From the NCBI GenBank assembly GCA_964016885.1, contig OZ024755.1:24924001-24988000 (forward strand): a stretch of 64,000 nucleotides of DNA, written 5' to 3'. Positions 29,076-44,280 of this stretch are shown here, one piece after another. The notes under the pieces are model-generated. The model was not told the origin of the DNA and ran no database searches. It saw only the letters and a list, made by a program, of their open reading frames with translations. The DNA comes from Eledone cirrhosa (taxonomy: Eukaryota). Both the position numbers and the translations under genes were made by a program. Within the stretch, counting starts at the first letter, position 1; every line of letters begins with the position of its first letter.

Positions 29076-29239
29076 GTCAAAGTAGTAGTAGTCCATTACT
29101 GGTGCTTTATTTTATCAACCCCGTAAGGATGAAAGGCAAAGCTAACCTTGGTAGGATTTGAACTTAGAACAATGGTTTCTCTAGTCACCACCAAGGCCGA
29201 AAAATGAGGGCAATACAAAAACAGGGACATTCGGGTTTA

Positions 29240-29620
29240 CATAAAATTGTGAAAAGAAAAACCAGATAACTTAACAATGAATAATACATTTATCACAATA
29301 AACTTCTCCAATAAGAGGAGCACGACACGGAAGTAACTTAGGAACCGCACATATCCTAAACCTAATCCCCAAGAACACCATAGGCGGGTGCCCTTCTCCT
29401 CACGAAACTCTCCAGCCAACATGTGCATGATCAGAGTAGGCCTATTCACTCAGGCCATTTTCACTTTATTCACCAATTTTTAACAAATGTACTGAGTTGG
29501 GGGCATCACTTCTCTCTCCAAATTCACCTTCCTTTCCAAGTGGAACTTGAAAAGGTTGGTGAGAGCTTGGCCAGTCCTTTCAACCGTGCGTATATTAGAC
29601 TTCTATTGGAGAGGGGAGTT
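29240..29620 (-). mobile_element. Tx1/L1-type LINE 3' end relic
   Basis: Minus frames: ARLKGLA...NLFKFHLERKVNLEREV...VKMA*VNRPTLIMHML, similar to the ORF2 C-terminus of Tx1-like elements as I recall them. Confidence 0.55.
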
Positions 29621-29792
29621 CTTTAATCTTACAAGATATACTTACATATCAATATATTTTGACATATACACAAATATTCGTGAATGGCGAGATCTACTAA
29701 GAATATACCAAATACTTATATATAGGGTAACCCTAAGTATTGAGTACTTTGGTGCGTTATGGTCCACCTGGTTCCTTACCACATTTCCTTCG

Positions 29793-29833
<41 letters not shown>

Positions 29834-29871
29834 ACATAAATATATACGTGTAAAATATATATATTCTGCAA

Positions 29872-29904
<33 letters not shown>

Positions 29905-31331
29905 ATGTGCATGTATATATAATGTGAGAGGTTGATATGCAATTTAGATTTAGATGTAAATATAGATATATGCATTAGTAAACACTTATACAGACATTCA
30001 AATGCATTCTCATACACACACACACACCTATATAGGCACACTCAAACACATCCTTACACACAACACACATACACACACAGATATAGATATTGAGTGTGCA
30101 TATACGCACACTCAATTTAAACATGCTGATATACATACATGTTTATATAGTGCTCATAGGAGACAATGTATAAGCAGAAAAATACGTCTGTTGGAGTATT
30201 GGTGTATATTGTTAGCAGGAAGCTGATATCCAATTACTGGGGTAAAAAAAAAAAACGGCAGTCTTTTTTGCCTGCCTGCTCGTCAGTTTGTCTGATCGTC
30301 TGTTTGCATATCTGTCGGTGTGTCTGTTCATCTGTCTAGATATTTGTTCATGTGTGTGTTAAGGCAACGAAGATGCTATTCACTCAAGACTGGTATTTGT
30401 TTGGTAACAGAAACTCGTGCAATTATGCTCTATGCAAGGAGAGGCAGAGAAAGAAAAATGATGTGTTTAAATTGTTGAATTATTATTCTTGTGTCTCTTT
30501 TCGAAAGTGCCTGAAAATAGCTGGCACAACAGAGCAGTGTGGAGAGGACATTAAAAATGGAGATTTGATATTGGTGAATAGGTGCAACTGGTTCTCTAAT
30601 ATGTGTGTGTATAGATATATGTGCATGTGTACACTTGTTTGCATGTATAGATATATGTATGAATGTATGTGTGTGTGAAATGCATTCTCTCTCTCTCTCA
30701 CACACACATACATTTGAAAAATTTGAGACCCCGATGGCTGAGCTCCTGCCGTTTCAACAGCTAGATCCGGATCTAGCTGTTGAAACGACAAGAAAAAAAG
30801 AGTATATATGATAGGTGGATGCCCGATGGGTGTCGGGAGGTGACCACAGTTAAAAAAAGGTTACTCCATACGTTTGTAGAGTATAGGTATCTTTATTTTA
30901 TGGAGAAATGACATCTACAAGACTAGAAACGTTTCATTCCTTTGGAATCATCAGGAAATTCAAGCTGATTTCATACGATTGAAACAGCTCTAGTTCTGTA
31001 CAAGTAATTTCACTCCCCTCTCTCACCCTCGCGCGCGTGCCATCATAATAATTATCAGTAATGATGCAAATCAGAATACTCCAACATCGTGAGACATTGT
31101 ATAAGGTCGGGATAATTGAAGACGAAAGTATTAGAGAGCATAATAAAAGATTAGAGAAAGTTAACTAAAGATATCCATCAAATCAACAACATATATTTTC
31201 AACTATATTTTCGATTAGTTCAGATAAAAACACAATTAATTCACGAGTAACATTAAAAATTGACATTAAGAAACAATAGTATTGTGGATGTAAACATAGT
31301 GATAATACCTCATATTATTTGCACAATCTAA

Positions 31332-31962
31332 GGCGGTGGATTGGCAGTATCGGTAGAGGGTCGGACGCCATGCTTTCCACCATAGTTACGTCCCTTTACG
31401 ACCTGAGTTCAAATCCCGCCGAGGTTGACTTTGCCTTTCATCCTTACGGGGTCGATAAAATAAAGTACCAGTAATGCACTGGGTAATTGCTGGCCTTGTG
31501 CCTAAAGTAGAAACAATTATTTGCACAATCTAAGGCGATGGATTGGCAGTATCGGTAGAGCATCGGACAACATGCTTTGAGGCATATAGTTACAGCCCTT
31601 TACGTTCTGATTTGCAATCCTACTATTGTTAGCTTTGCCTTTCATCCTGAAAGGGCTGATAAAATAAAGTACCAGTAACGCACTGGGTTCGATTTAATCG
31701 ACTTACTACTCCACACTCTTCCCTTCAAATTGCTGGCCTTGTGCCAAAAGTAGAAACAGTTATTATAAAGTACCAGTAATGCATTGGGTTCAATTTAATT
31801 GACTTACTACTTCCCCCTTCCCTTCAAATTGCTGGCCTTGTGCCAAAAGTAGAAGCAGTTATTATAAAGTACCAGTAACGCACTGGGTTCAATTTAATCG
31901 ACTTACTACTTCCCCCTTCCCTTCAAATTGCTGGCCTTGTGCCAAAAGTAGAAGCAGTTATT
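31332..31962 (+). mobile_element. Young SINE A inserted at the head of an older SINE A whose 3' tail is triplicated
   Basis: TTATTTGCACAATCTAAGGCG occurs before both copies; ~100-bp tail units start at about 31666, 31767 and 31866. Confidence 0.9.
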
Positions 31963-32458
31963 TGAATTACTAAATCCTTTCAGATTCTTCATTATTTTCA
32001 CAATGATTTGAAAATCCTAGGCAGTGACTTTCATAGGAAATAAGGTTAGGAAAGAGTGAAAGTACCATACCATTCTATAAGTACGTTGACATTTAGCGTT
32101 GGCAAACAAACAAACAGGAAAGCAATGGAGAATTTTAGAAAAAACAAACAATAAACATGTGAACCTGTCCAACATTTTTCTGAAAGCTGTGTTGTGTATG
32201 TAAATAAGTCGAGGGTTATGGCAATAGTTTCGTTGTAATCTTTTACAACAAACATCAACGTTGTATAATCATATGTATATTTCTTTGCCTTTTCTATCTT
32301 TTGTGCTCATCACGTCATCAACGTACAGTCTTATTCCATATGTCTAGTACATTCGAACCGAACTACATCATTATATAAAAAAAAAATGTAGATATGTAGA
32401 TATATGTATGTATGTGCATGTATGTGCGTGTCAGACTGTGGGTGTAGCAGTTGGTGTG

Positions 32459-32500
<42 letters not shown>

Positions 32501-32794
32501 CGTGTGCATATATATATATGAGAAGGGAAATATTTGATATGTCCCACATGAAATGATACAGCCAATCTTCCACACAATACAATTAGTTACCACCCGAACG
32601 TTTAATTGGGAATATACTCAGGTATTTCCTAATGTTTGTTGAGTGAGTTGGGATTTGGCCGGAGTATCGCTTTTAGCTTTCTCCGATTATGTATTTATAT
32701 ATATATAGTATGGGGTTAACCGAACAGAGATGTTTAACGGAGTTTCAAATAAACCTGAATCAACTGAATATGGCCTCTGATCTTATATATAGAT

Positions 32795-32985
32795 ATATCA
32801 AAGAAGGTGTGATAAGATACCAGGTGGGCCATAACCACCAGACTACTCGATACTTAAGGTAGTCGAGTAGGTACTAGAAAAAGAGTCAGGATCCCGACGG
32901 TTGAGCTCCGGCCGTTTCAACAACTAGATCCGTTCGGATCTAGCTGTCGAAACGGCCGGAGCTCAACCGTCGGTCCTGACTCTTT
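32795..32985 (-). mobile_element. Family C variant with fold-back palindrome; related fragments at 29727-29795 and 30727-30790
   Basis: CCGACGGTTGAGCTCCGGCCGTTTC...GAAACGGCCGGAGCTCAACCGTCGG; TACTCGATACTT motif. Confidence 0.75.
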
Positions 32986-32997
32986 ATATATATACAT

Positions 32998-33072
<75 letters not shown>

Positions 33073-33077
<5 letters not shown>

Positions 33078-33557
33078 GAGTGTGGACTGAAAAGTTCATA
33101 GCCTGACAACGAAGGAATGATGGCTACAGCTGCGAAATCTTGCATTAATTTCATCGCTTCTTATTAATAACTGAATGATTTCCTTCCAGGTAAACTTCAA
33201 AAGTAACTAGCAGTGGCTTCTATTGAAAATGGACAACATTTGGTATAGTGGCAATACCAGGTACCAGCAGAAAAGGTTTATCACACAAGGACATTTATGC
33301 TGACGTGGCTGCTAGATTGGGGGAATAGGTTCCAGGTATATTAATAGTGTAAAGGTGGGCAGCTAGATTTAGGAGAGGAAGGGAGAGTTTGGAAGATTAC
33401 CCAAGGTCTGGACGTCCTGCAACTGGCAGCACCGAGGAAAACATAGACTCTGTTCATGGATGACTGATGATTGACCATAAATCAAATAGGCAATGCTATT
33501 AGCATATTCCACGAGAGAGTCACAATGAACTTGGCATGACGAGGGTTTCTGCTCGTT
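33073..33557 (+). mobile_element. Mariner 5' fragment (TIR plus HTH region)
   Basis: TA followed by a TIR-like ...GGACTGAAAAGTTC; peptide RWAARFRRGRESLEDYPRSGRPATGSTEENIDSVH...HNELGMTRVSAR. Confidence 0.88.
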
Positions 33558-33612
33558 TTACCTTGTTTTCGTTTGTTGTCTTCTCTTTCTTAATCTTCCT
33601 AAGTTTATTATA

Positions 33613-34255
33613 TATACTAGCAGAAAAACCACCCTTTGGAGGGTTTTCTGCTAGCATGTGTAGTGTGCATATTGATATTCAATGCAAGTGTATACCTCAA
33701 ATAAAATCGTAATTGACATAGAAATTGTACGAAGACGTTGTTACACTGTCTAATTTAATCAGTAACGTAACCCATGATGCATTAAAAAAAGATGATATTA
33801 TATATAAACTGCATTAGGAGAAAATTAGTGACAGAAAATTAGTATGTTTATTTAAGCGATGGCCAACCGGAAGTGTTGACATTTCAGAAATTTTAAAGAA
33901 GTGAATCTTTAAATAAACAAAATATATTTAATCAACAGCCACGAAATTTAGTAGATAAATTATGTAATATTCATTCATTATTTATTCAAAGTATCAGTAG
34001 AGGGTCGGACGCCATGCTTTCTAGCATAGAGTTACGTCCCTTTACGGACTGAGTTCAAATCCCTCCAAGGTTAACTTTGACTTTGATCCTTACGGGGTCG
34101 ATAAAATAAAGTACCAGTAATGTACTGGTTAATTGCTGGCCTTGTGCCAAAAGTAGAAACAATTATTTATTCAAAGTAATCCAATTTATTTTAATAACGG
34201 GATAAAAATTATAAACCGTACGCAGTCCCTCGCTCCTTACTTTATTATAGTTTAT
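33613..34255 (+). mobile_element. Possible Helitron/Helentron-type non-autonomous element carrying a 5'-truncated SINE A (33991-34165, TSD TTATTTATTCAAAGTA)
   Basis: Starts TATACTAGCAG with a hairpin and ends TTTATTATAG into a TA tract; a similar start motif GCAGATTGCCCGGCGTTGCTC lies at about 3449. The SINE and its TSD are clear; the host assignment is weak. Confidence 0.4.
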
Positions 34256-34258
34256 ATT

Positions 34259-34317
<59 letters not shown>

Positions 34318-34585
34318 ATAAATATATATATTTATATATATATATAAATATATATATTTATATATAAATATATATATTTATATATATATATAAATATATA
34401 TATTTATATATAAATATATATATTTATATATAAATATATATATTTATATATATATATAAATATATATATTTATATATATATATAAATATATATATTTATA
34501 TATATATATATAAATATATATATATAAATATATATATTTATATATAAATATATATATTTATATATATATATAAATATATATATTT

Positions 34586-34616
<31 letters not shown>

Positions 34617-34694
34617 AATATATATATTTATATAATATATATAAATATATATATTTATATATATATATAAATATATATATAAATATATATATTT

Positions 34695-34753
<59 letters not shown>

Positions 34754-34766
34754 AATATATATATTT

Positions 34767-34799
<33 letters not shown>

Positions 34800-34838
34800 A
34801 ATATATATTTATATATATATATATATATTTATATATAA

Positions 34839-34881
<43 letters not shown>

Positions 34882-35015
34882 AATATATAAATACATATAT
34901 AAAAGGTAGTGTATATATATATCAGGAAAGTTCGGATCGAGAGAGAACAGCTAGATGTACGAGTAGTGTGTGAGTGTTAGGAAAGGAAGTTAGGAAAAGG
35001 GCGTTGGGAGGAGAA

Positions 35016-35061
<46 letters not shown>

Positions 35062-35134
35062 AGTATATATATATATATATACATATGTACTTGTCTATAC
35101 CACATATGAACTTGTTTATACCACACTAATTCGG

Positions 35135-35189
35135 ACTGCCTGAAGAGGTCACAGCCAAAGATGGCTGTCACTGAAATATATATAGCAAT
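35135..35189 (+). ncRNA. Minimal hammerhead motif
   Basis: TGC-CTGAAGA(35140-46)-GGT.ACAGCCA-AAGA-TGGCTGT.ACT-GAAA(35173-76)-T-ATAT-A-TA-GCA; island between (TA)n tracts. Confidence 0.65.
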
Positions 35190-35239
35190 AATATACGAAG
35201 CTAAATTTAAAACATTTGACTTTTTATCTAACTTTATTT

Positions 35240-35359
<120 letters not shown>

Positions 35360-35799
35360 AACATATACAGCTCGTCCCGATACATTATATAAACTGTTTT
35401 AGCGCTAAAAACGATGTAAGATTTGTTTAACTTTTTAAACAATAACAACAGTCACTGGAATGAAATTTACAATAAAGTGTATTCGTTCACACACACACAC
35501 ATACAGACTCTTCTTCTCTCTCTCACACACACACACATGCATATCCATCTATACAGGAGAACATATTTAACAAGCTGGGAGGTCTCTAGTTTCTTAACAG
35601 CATCGTAGCTTTCACTAAAATATAAATCTTTAACACTTTCAAAGCAGCGAATCCTGTTACGATATCGGTTCAATTCACAGCTGTTAACATGTTTGAAAAA
35701 AAAAAAAAAAAATGAATGATTATTATACTTTGACTACTTGATCCTTCACAACAACTGTACTTATGATAATGTCTATCTATTTCTCCTTGGAACTCTCTC

Positions 35800-36290
35800 T
35801 TGAGTGTTTCTATTCACTCGGCATCCCTTCTGAACATCACAATGTTTCACCATATCCAGTTCCAGAACTCCTTGACCTGGTCAGCATTAGGAGCAGCATC
35901 CTTCTCATTGTTTCCTTCCAAAGTTTCCTTCGAAGAATTGCTTGGATTATTTTGTAACAATCTAGTCTCCTCAAACTGCTTATTTCTCTTCACATATCTC
36001 TTTATCTTCTGGCTTCTTGACAAAATCGTCTGTTTTAATTGTTTAATTACTGTATAGAATCTATTCTTCCGCATTCTATATTTCTTGTCTAATGTTTCTC
36101 GATCGAATTTTTTTCCGTTTTTCCATTTTCCTTTACTAAACCATTGCTCAATTTTACTTAGCTCAAGCCGTAACCGTATTATACCATTTTCAATGTGGTA
36201 TTTCCACTATGGTTCATTTGCCTTGCTCTGCTTTGTGTTCGTCAGGTGTAATTTCTTCTCAACAAGTAGTGCAATAGCTCGGATAAGGCT
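35800..36290 (-). mobile_element. R4/Dong-type retrotransposon relic, pre-RT region
   Basis: ORF 35847-36074 IKQLKQTILSRSQKIKRYVKRNKQFEETRLLQNN...PNADQVKEFWNWIW matches the LKQ......K..RY..R..Q..QN..F / FW..IW pattern. Confidence 0.8.
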
Positions 36291-36299
36291 CAATCATTA

Positions 36300-36860
36300 T
36301 TCCGAAGTTAACTTTGCCTTTCATCCTTACAGGGTCGATAAAATAAAGTACCAGTAATGCACTGGGGAATTTGCTGGCCTTGTGTCAAAAGTAGATACAA
36401 TTATTATAAAGAAATTATTATTATTATTATTATTATTATTAGAAAGAGCGGTGAATTGGCAAAATCGGTGGAGCGTCGGACACCCTGCTTCGCGACATAA
36501 AGTTACGGCCCTTTACATTCCGAGTTCAAATCGCGCCGAGGTTAATTTTTGCCTTTCATCCTTACGGGGTCGATAAAATAAATTACCAGTAACGCACTGG
36601 GGTCGATTTAATCGACTTTCCTTTCCCCCAAATTGCTGGCTTTGTGCCTATATTATTATTATTATTCGGTGGATTGGCAATATCAGTAGAGGGTCGGACG
36701 CCATGCTTTCCAGCATAGTTACGTCCCTTTACGATCTGAGTTCAAATCCCGCCGAGGTTGACTTTGCCTTTCATCCTTACGGAGTCGATAAAATAAAGTA
36801 CCAGTAATGCACTGGGTAATTGCTGGCCTTGTGCCTAAAGTAGAAACAATTATTATTATT
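36300..36860 (+). mobile_element. Three tandem SINE A copies (36300-36405 partial, 36445-36650 long-tail, 36667-36855 short-tail)
   Basis: Consensus matches, each ending in ATT repeats. Confidence 0.9.
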
Positions 36861-37129
36861 GTGAATTTGATATCTCAGTCATTGATGTTATTTAACCGAA
36901 AAAATTGGCCAAATGAACATCAAGCCACTACCCGAAGCCTCAGATATTCAGGACGTATCGGTCGACCTTGCTGTTCCCATAAGGCATATGCCTTCTGAAG
37001 TGTTGCAAAAAAGGAGGCTGGGTTAATTGTCTTTGGAAACTCTTCGATGATGGAGATGACCTTGATCTCATGATAGTCCCAATCCTTTTCAGTTCCCTCT
37101 TTAGATCCTAATACCGTCCACTCCTTTTA

Positions 37130-38890
37130 TTTTCACTACCACCAGTAGCTCCCGTTCTAAAAGCACCACCAACTCTAAGCAACCACAATCACCACTACCA
37201 CCACCATCACAATCACCACAAGTATCATCACCACCACCACCATAAAAAAAACACACCAACACACCACCACTTCCCCCACCCCCACAAACAACCACTTTCA
37301 CCCCCAACCAAATCAACAACACTACCAACATACCACCACACCACCAATACAACAACACTACCACCACAACTAACACCAGCACCACTACCACCACAACCAA
37401 CACTATCACCACCACACCACCAATACAACAACACTACCACCACAACTAACACCAGCACCACTACCACCACAACCAACACTATCACCACCACACCACCAAT
37501 AAAACAACACTACCACCACAACTAACACCAGCACCACTACCACCACAACCAACACTACCACCACACCACCAATACAGCAACACTACCACCACAACCAACA
37601 CCAACACCAGCACCACTAGCACCACCACCAACACAGCAACACTACCACCACAACCAACACCACTAGCACCACCACCAACACAGCAACAGTACCACCACAA
37701 CCAACACCACCAGCAGCACCACTAGCACCACCACCAATACAACAACACTAACACCACAACCAACACCAACACCAGCACCACTAGCACCACCACCAATACA
37801 GCAACACTACCACCATAACCAACACTACCAGCAACACCACCAACACTACCACCACAACCAACACCACCACCAACACGACTAGCACCACCACCAACACAGC
37901 AACACTACCACCACAACCAACACCAACACGACTAGCACCACCATCAACACAGCAACACTACCACCACAACCAACACCACCACCAACACGACTAGCACCAC
38001 CACCAACACAGCAACACTACCACCACAACCAACACCACCACCAACACGACTAGCACCACCACCAACACAGCAACACTACCACCACAACCAACACCACCAC
38101 CAACACAGCAACACTACCACCACAACCAACACCACCACCAGCACCATAGCACCACCACCAACACAGCAACACTACCACCACAACTAACACCACCACCAAC
38201 ACAGCAACACTACCACCACTAGCACCACCACCAGCACCACTAGCACCACCACCAACACAGCAACACTACCACCACAACTAACACCACCACCAACACAGCA
38301 ACACTACCACCACTAGCACCACCACCAGCACCACTAGCACCACCACCAACACAGCAACACTACCACCACAACTAACACCACCACCAGCACCACTAGCACC
38401 ACCACCAACACAGCAACACTACCACCACAACTAACACCACCACCAGCACCACTAGCACCACCACCAACACAGCAACACTACCACCACAACCAACACCAAC
38501 ACCAGCACCACTAGCACCACCACCAACACAGCAACACTACCACCACAACTAACACCACCACCAACACAGCAACACTACCACCACAACTAACACCACCACC
38601 AGCACCACTAGCACCACCACCAACACAGCAACACTACCACCACAACCAACACAGCAACACTACCACCACAACCAACACCAACACCACCACAACTAACACC
38701 ACCACCAACACAGCAACACTACCACCACAACTAACACCACCACCAGCACCACTAGCACCACCACCAACACAGCAACACTACCACCACTAGCACCACCACC
38801 AACACAGCAACACTACCACCACAACCAACACCAACACAGCAACACTACCACCACAACCAACTCCAGCACCAGCATGAACACCAACACCAC
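37130..38890. repeat. CAC/CAA/CTA-rich compound minisatellite
   Basis: Recurrent ACTAGCACCACCACCAACACAGCAACACTACCACCACAAC units. Confidence 0.95.
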
Positions 38891-39854
38891 ATATGAACCA
38901 TCATCAGTAGAAGCAATATCACACACAGATATAAACAACAACAACATCTATAAGTGACACAAACAAACATAAAACTAAAGTGTAATTGAATAGACTCCAG
39001 TATAACTGTGGTAAGATATAATTCTCTCCATTACCCATCAAAGAATTAATACCGAAACTCCACCAAAATCTATTCTTTCAAAACATTTATTATACCTAGC
39101 TAGATACTGTTTATTTTTCTTTATTCTTTCACATGTTTCTGGGGTATACATTGCATCATCTACCCCTATATAGGGTGGCTTGCTGCCTTCTGTTGGTCCC
39201 CTGTAGGGAATACATACCAGTCAGAATACAATCCTTTAATCTTTCAGGGTTTCCTACCCAGCGGGGGAATAGTGATATATCGTCAACTTCAAGCTTCTGA
39301 ACATAACTCTACTTCGATACTACTAACCACTATCACCACCACCACCACAACCGCCACCGTCACTACTACTACTACTAGTACTACTACTACTACCACCACC
39401 ACTACTACCACTATTTAGGTCGGCCAAGCACATCACGAATTTGTGGTCTGAATAAGCGACAGTTTGAAATTGTGGACACCCTATGCTATCTTTATCTGCT
39501 AATCGAATAATTCCAAGGGATCACATAGAACTCCTAAGCAAGGATCACACCTTTGAAGAATACTGATATGCTCTGAAACTGCTTGGCCCTTGCAACATGT
39601 TGTATGCATGGCATTAAGCCTTTCAGTGCTGTGTCCACGTGGTATGCTGGGGCCAGGTCTGGCCTTTTCGATTTGATGCCAACCCAACTGTACGTTGATG
39701 TTTTTCTTTTCTGTTACTGCCAATCATTCAGGCGAAACAGTTATGTTGGCTCAGGTTCTTTGCACTGTTACAAGCCTGCCTCAGCCAAACATTCATTACT
39801 TCTGCTTCAATATGGAACAATTCCATATTGAAGCAGCTGTTGCTACGAACGTGC

Positions 39855-40275
39855 TTTTGTAGTTGTTGCTGTTGTCGCCATTGTTATTGCTGTTGTTGTT
39901 GTCGGGGTTATTGTTACCTCTTCTGCAGTTGTTGCTGTAGGCGTTATTTTTATTGTTGTTGTCGCCATTGTTATTGCTGTTGTTGTTGTCGGGACTATTG
40001 TTACCCCGGCTGCAGTTGTTGCTGTCGTTATTTTTATTGTTGTTGTTGTTGTCGCCATTGTTATTGCTGTTGTTGTTGTCGGGGTCATTGTTACCTCTGC
40101 TGCTGTTGTTGTTATTGTTATTGCTGCTGTTGTCGTCGACGTTGTTTTTATTGTTGTTGTCGTTGTTGTAGTAGTTGCTACTGTCGTTGTTATTGTCATT
40201 TTCGTTTCTGTTGTAGCTGCTGTTGTTGTTGTCGTTGCTGTAGTCGTTGTCGTTGCTGTAGTCGTTGCCGTTGGT
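39855..40275. repeat. (TTG/TGC)-rich repeat with ~80-90-bp higher-order units
   Basis: GTCGCCATTGTTATTGCTGTTGTTGTTGTCGGG occurs three times. Confidence 0.85.
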
Positions 40276-41819
40276 GATGGGGTGGGGGTGACAGTGGCCT
40301 TGTTGCTGATGCCTATGGTGGTGCTAATGGCGGTGGTGGTGGTGGTGGCGCTATTGTCAACCTTTGGACACTACTCTGAAGTGCTGTCACGTGATATGAC
40401 CTTCTCGTTGCTGGATTGAGGTGGGGGTGGGGGTGGGGCAGTTCGCTTATAATTTAAAAAATGGCGTCTCCCTTCTTCAGGAGTAAGTACGATGCTTTAT
40501 GTCCCTTTTATAGCAAAAACATTATCACAAACAAGGATTTAAATGAGAGAAATCAACTATCTTACGAGAGCTTAGAATAATACGTCTTAACAAACCAACA
40601 ACAATAACAACAACAATAATAATATCATCATCAGTCGCATTATCATCATCAACAGCATCAATATTAATGATGGTGATGAGGGTGAGGGAGAGGAAGAGAC
40701 AGAGGAAGAGAAGGGGAGGTGGAAGGTGATGATGATGATGATGATGAAGGTGAGGAGTATGATAATGCTGGGATGATGGATGTTGAAAAGAAATGATGAC
40801 GATGATGGTGATAGTAATGTTGATGTTGACGGTGATAATGATGATCATCATCATCATGGTGATAAAGATAATAATGAACACATTAAATGTCAATTAGACA
40901 GTGGTGGTGGGGTGGCAAGGTGGCGAGGCGAAATACATAGGAACTCTTCTCGAGATTACGTCGAAGAATTTGTTTTTATGTTTGGATGTCTGAAAATTGC
41001 GTTGAATAATTCTGATGTAGAATTATTATGTAATAATGAGCAACACGTGACCCACCTCCTCCACACAACACTTCTTCTATCGACACTGAGTGAAGTGGAG
41101 CAGAGCAGAGCAGGGCAGCAGGACTGTGGAATGTTGAAATAAGCTTGAGGAGGGGTGGACTTTACAGAGAGGATAGGTTATTTTCTATGAGAAAATACCA
41201 TTATTGATTGGCAAATAACAGACGATAAATAAACAGGAAATAAAGTCAACAAAGAAAATGAAGGCAAGCAAGAAGGAACTTCACCATAAAAAAATACATC
41301 ATTTAGCTTCAGAAAAGAAAATATTTCCCAGAATTATGAGGAATTATTGAAAATCAGCCAGAAAAATATGGCGATATTTTTTATACTTGTTTGTTTCTGT
41401 GATGCTTTCTTTATGTAATAGGAACCATTTTTACATTTTTATTTTCTCCGCTGTTGTAGTTGTTGTTGTGATGATGTTTGTCTAGTGATGGCATTGTTGT
41501 GATGATGTTTGTCTGGTACTGGTGTTGTGACGGTGTTGTAACGCTGTAGTTTTGATGGTGCTTGTATTGTGCTGGTGGTGTTGTGATGGTGTTGCTGTGA
41601 TGGTGTTGTTGTGATGGTGTTTGTATTGTGATGGTGGTGTTGTAACGGTGTTGTTGTTATGGTGCTGTAAGGGCCCAGTATTGGCATACGGTGTTTCTTG
41701 GGCATTTTAAGCCTGACGGAGACCCAACTCTCTTCAGGCCTGAGTACAACAGATTTCTTTCAGAGGAAGATAGAAAGTGGGAAAGTGAGAGAGAGGTAAT
41801 GAGAAAGGAATGTAGAGGA

Positions 41820-42225
41820 AGACTCGACCCCAGTACTAGACTGGTACTTGTTTATCGACATAGAAAGGATGAAAGGCAAAGTTGACCTCGGCGGGATTTT
41901 AACTGAGAGAGCTGAGAGCCGGAACCAATACCATAAAAGATTCTATCTGACGTTCTAACGACTATGAAAACTATTCTATCTACGTTTGATACGACACCTC
42001 CTTATAAGGGTTCTGATTTAAACACAAGGTCAGAAATTTCGGAGGAGAGGGCAGTCGATTAAATCGACCCCAGTGCATTACTGGTGCTTTATTTTATCGA
42101 CTCCGTAAGGGTGAAAGGCAAAACAAACCTCGGCGGGATTTGAACTCAGAACGTAAATGACCGTAACTCTAATCTACGGAGCATGTTGTTCAACGCTCTA
42201 CCGATTCTGCCAATCCACTGCCTTC
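41820..42225 (-). mobile_element. Two SINE A-related copies (older and long-tail)
   Basis: Reverse-complement core matches. Confidence 0.85.
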
Positions 42226-42752
42226 TTAAATAATTATAGATGCAAGAAGTGAACAAAGCTCAGTGGGTGTTTTTTTTTTCTTTAAAGTAAAAAAAAAAAA
42301 AAATATCGCTATTCTTCCATGGAACAATATATTTAGTAAGAGTGAGTGATATATATATATATATATATATATACTGTATATATATATATATATATATATA
42401 TACTGTATATATATATATATATATATGTGTGTATACAGAGAGAGAGGGGTAGAGAGAGGAGGGGGAGAGGGAGTAGAGAGGGGGTAGAGAGAGAGAGAGG
42501 GGGAGAGAGGGGAGAGAGAGAGAGGGGAGAGAGAGAGAGAGAGAGGGGAGAGAGGGGAGAGAGAGAGAGAGTGCTTGTCAGCTGCTGTAAGTTCTTACAT
42601 CTCTCAGATGTGAGTTTTTTTCAAACCAGATGTAATTCTGCCGTTTGTCACAACTCTATTTGTTTATTCCTTTTGGCGATTGTCCATGAAGGAGTTATAA
42701 TTCCCATATGGTGTTCATCTACTCCACAATTGATATATATTGTATATCTATC

Positions 42753-42903
<151 letters not shown>

Positions 42904-43167
42904 CGTATATATGTATGTGTATATATGTATATATATATATGTATATATATATATGTGGGTGCATGTGTGTATGTATACACACACTCATACATATATATAT
43001 ATATTTATATATACATATATATATTTATATATACATACATATATATATTTATGTATACATATATATATATATGTATACGTATATATATGTATATATATAC
43101 ACACACATATATATATATATACGTATATATATGTATGTATATATATATATATGTGTGTGTGTATATA

Positions 43168-43208
<41 letters not shown>

Positions 43209-43345
43209 GTCTATATACGTATATATGTGCGCGCGTGTGTGTTTGTGTGAGAGCGTACCCCCTTTTAATTCATTGGTGTATCGAGTGATGATTTGTGTTT
43301 TTTGTTTGTTTACCCTTTCACAATAGCTACTAGTACTACTACCAA

Positions 43346-43397
<52 letters not shown>

Positions 43398-43719
43398 GTT
43401 GTTGCTGCTGCAATTGGTGGTGTTGATATTAATAGTATTTTTATTAAATTGGTTTTTACAATATGTACAGGCGTGGCTGCGTGAGTATTATCAGGGAGGT
43501 GTGTCGCCCTAGAGTTAGAAATAATTACCTTAACAATCATCTATTGAGATTGTTTAGCTACGAAAAATGTATTTTAAATTCAACAATAACATCAATGAAA
43601 CTATGAAATTGGCAGAAAAACCTTCAATTATAAATGCTTACTTTTATACATGTACAATAGAAAATAGAAAAGAAAAAAAAAAAGAATATGTTTAAAAAAT
43701 GTAACTCTGAGATCAGAGA

Positions 43720-44045
43720 ATCGCTCCAGGTAGAGTCTCGCTACTTCTCCGAATTGAGAGATCACAGCTACGATACTACAGGCATGTGGTTAGAATGTGT
43801 CAGGAAAGAATCACTGGACAGATGATTTTACGGCTGAAACGGAGCGGTGGGAGTCCCAGGGTTAGACCCCCAAGCAAGATGGCTGGATAACATCCATGAG
43901 ATTGGCTGGTCTCACTTGGGGATCCAGCCGGATCAAATGGAGACGGTTGCTTCTGATAGGACCCATTGGAAGGAGTGTTTGAGGACTCTGCCCTCACGAC
44001 CCTCTCAGGAATAAGTGGCAGAAGAAGTAAAAGTAAAAGAAAAAG
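43720..44045 (+). mobile_element. RTE LINE 3' end
   Basis: LLLRIERSQLRYYRHVVRMCQERI...WLDNIHEIGWSHLGIQPDQMETVASDRTHW...LPSRPSQE* followed by a GAA/A tail. Confidence 0.82.
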
Positions 44046-44162
44046 AAGACAGTATGAAAAGCAAGAAATATACCAATAAAAACAACTACAATATCATATT
44101 TCTTATCTAATCAAAAGGAATGAATTATCTTAACCAAACCCAAGATAAAAGTAAGCGTAGTT

Positions 44163-44280
44163 GAGGTACACCACAAAAGACAGTGCATCTTTGTTTTGAT
44201 GAGGTACACCACAAAAGACAGTGCATCTTTGTTTTGATGAGGTACACCACAAAAGACAGTGCATCTTTGTTTTGATGAGG
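44163..44280. repeat. 38-bp tandem repeat x3
   Basis: GAGGTACACCACAAAAGACAGTGCATCTTTGTTTTGAT x3. Confidence 0.95.

Noticed and set aside
39500-39850. Possible RTE ORF relic on the minus strand (ERLNAMHTTC)
   Set aside because: Similarity is too weak to call without an alignment.
39828-40277. Cys-rich metallothionein- or keratin-like ORF (also 63503-63889)
   Set aside because: (TGT/TGC)n microsatellite translation.
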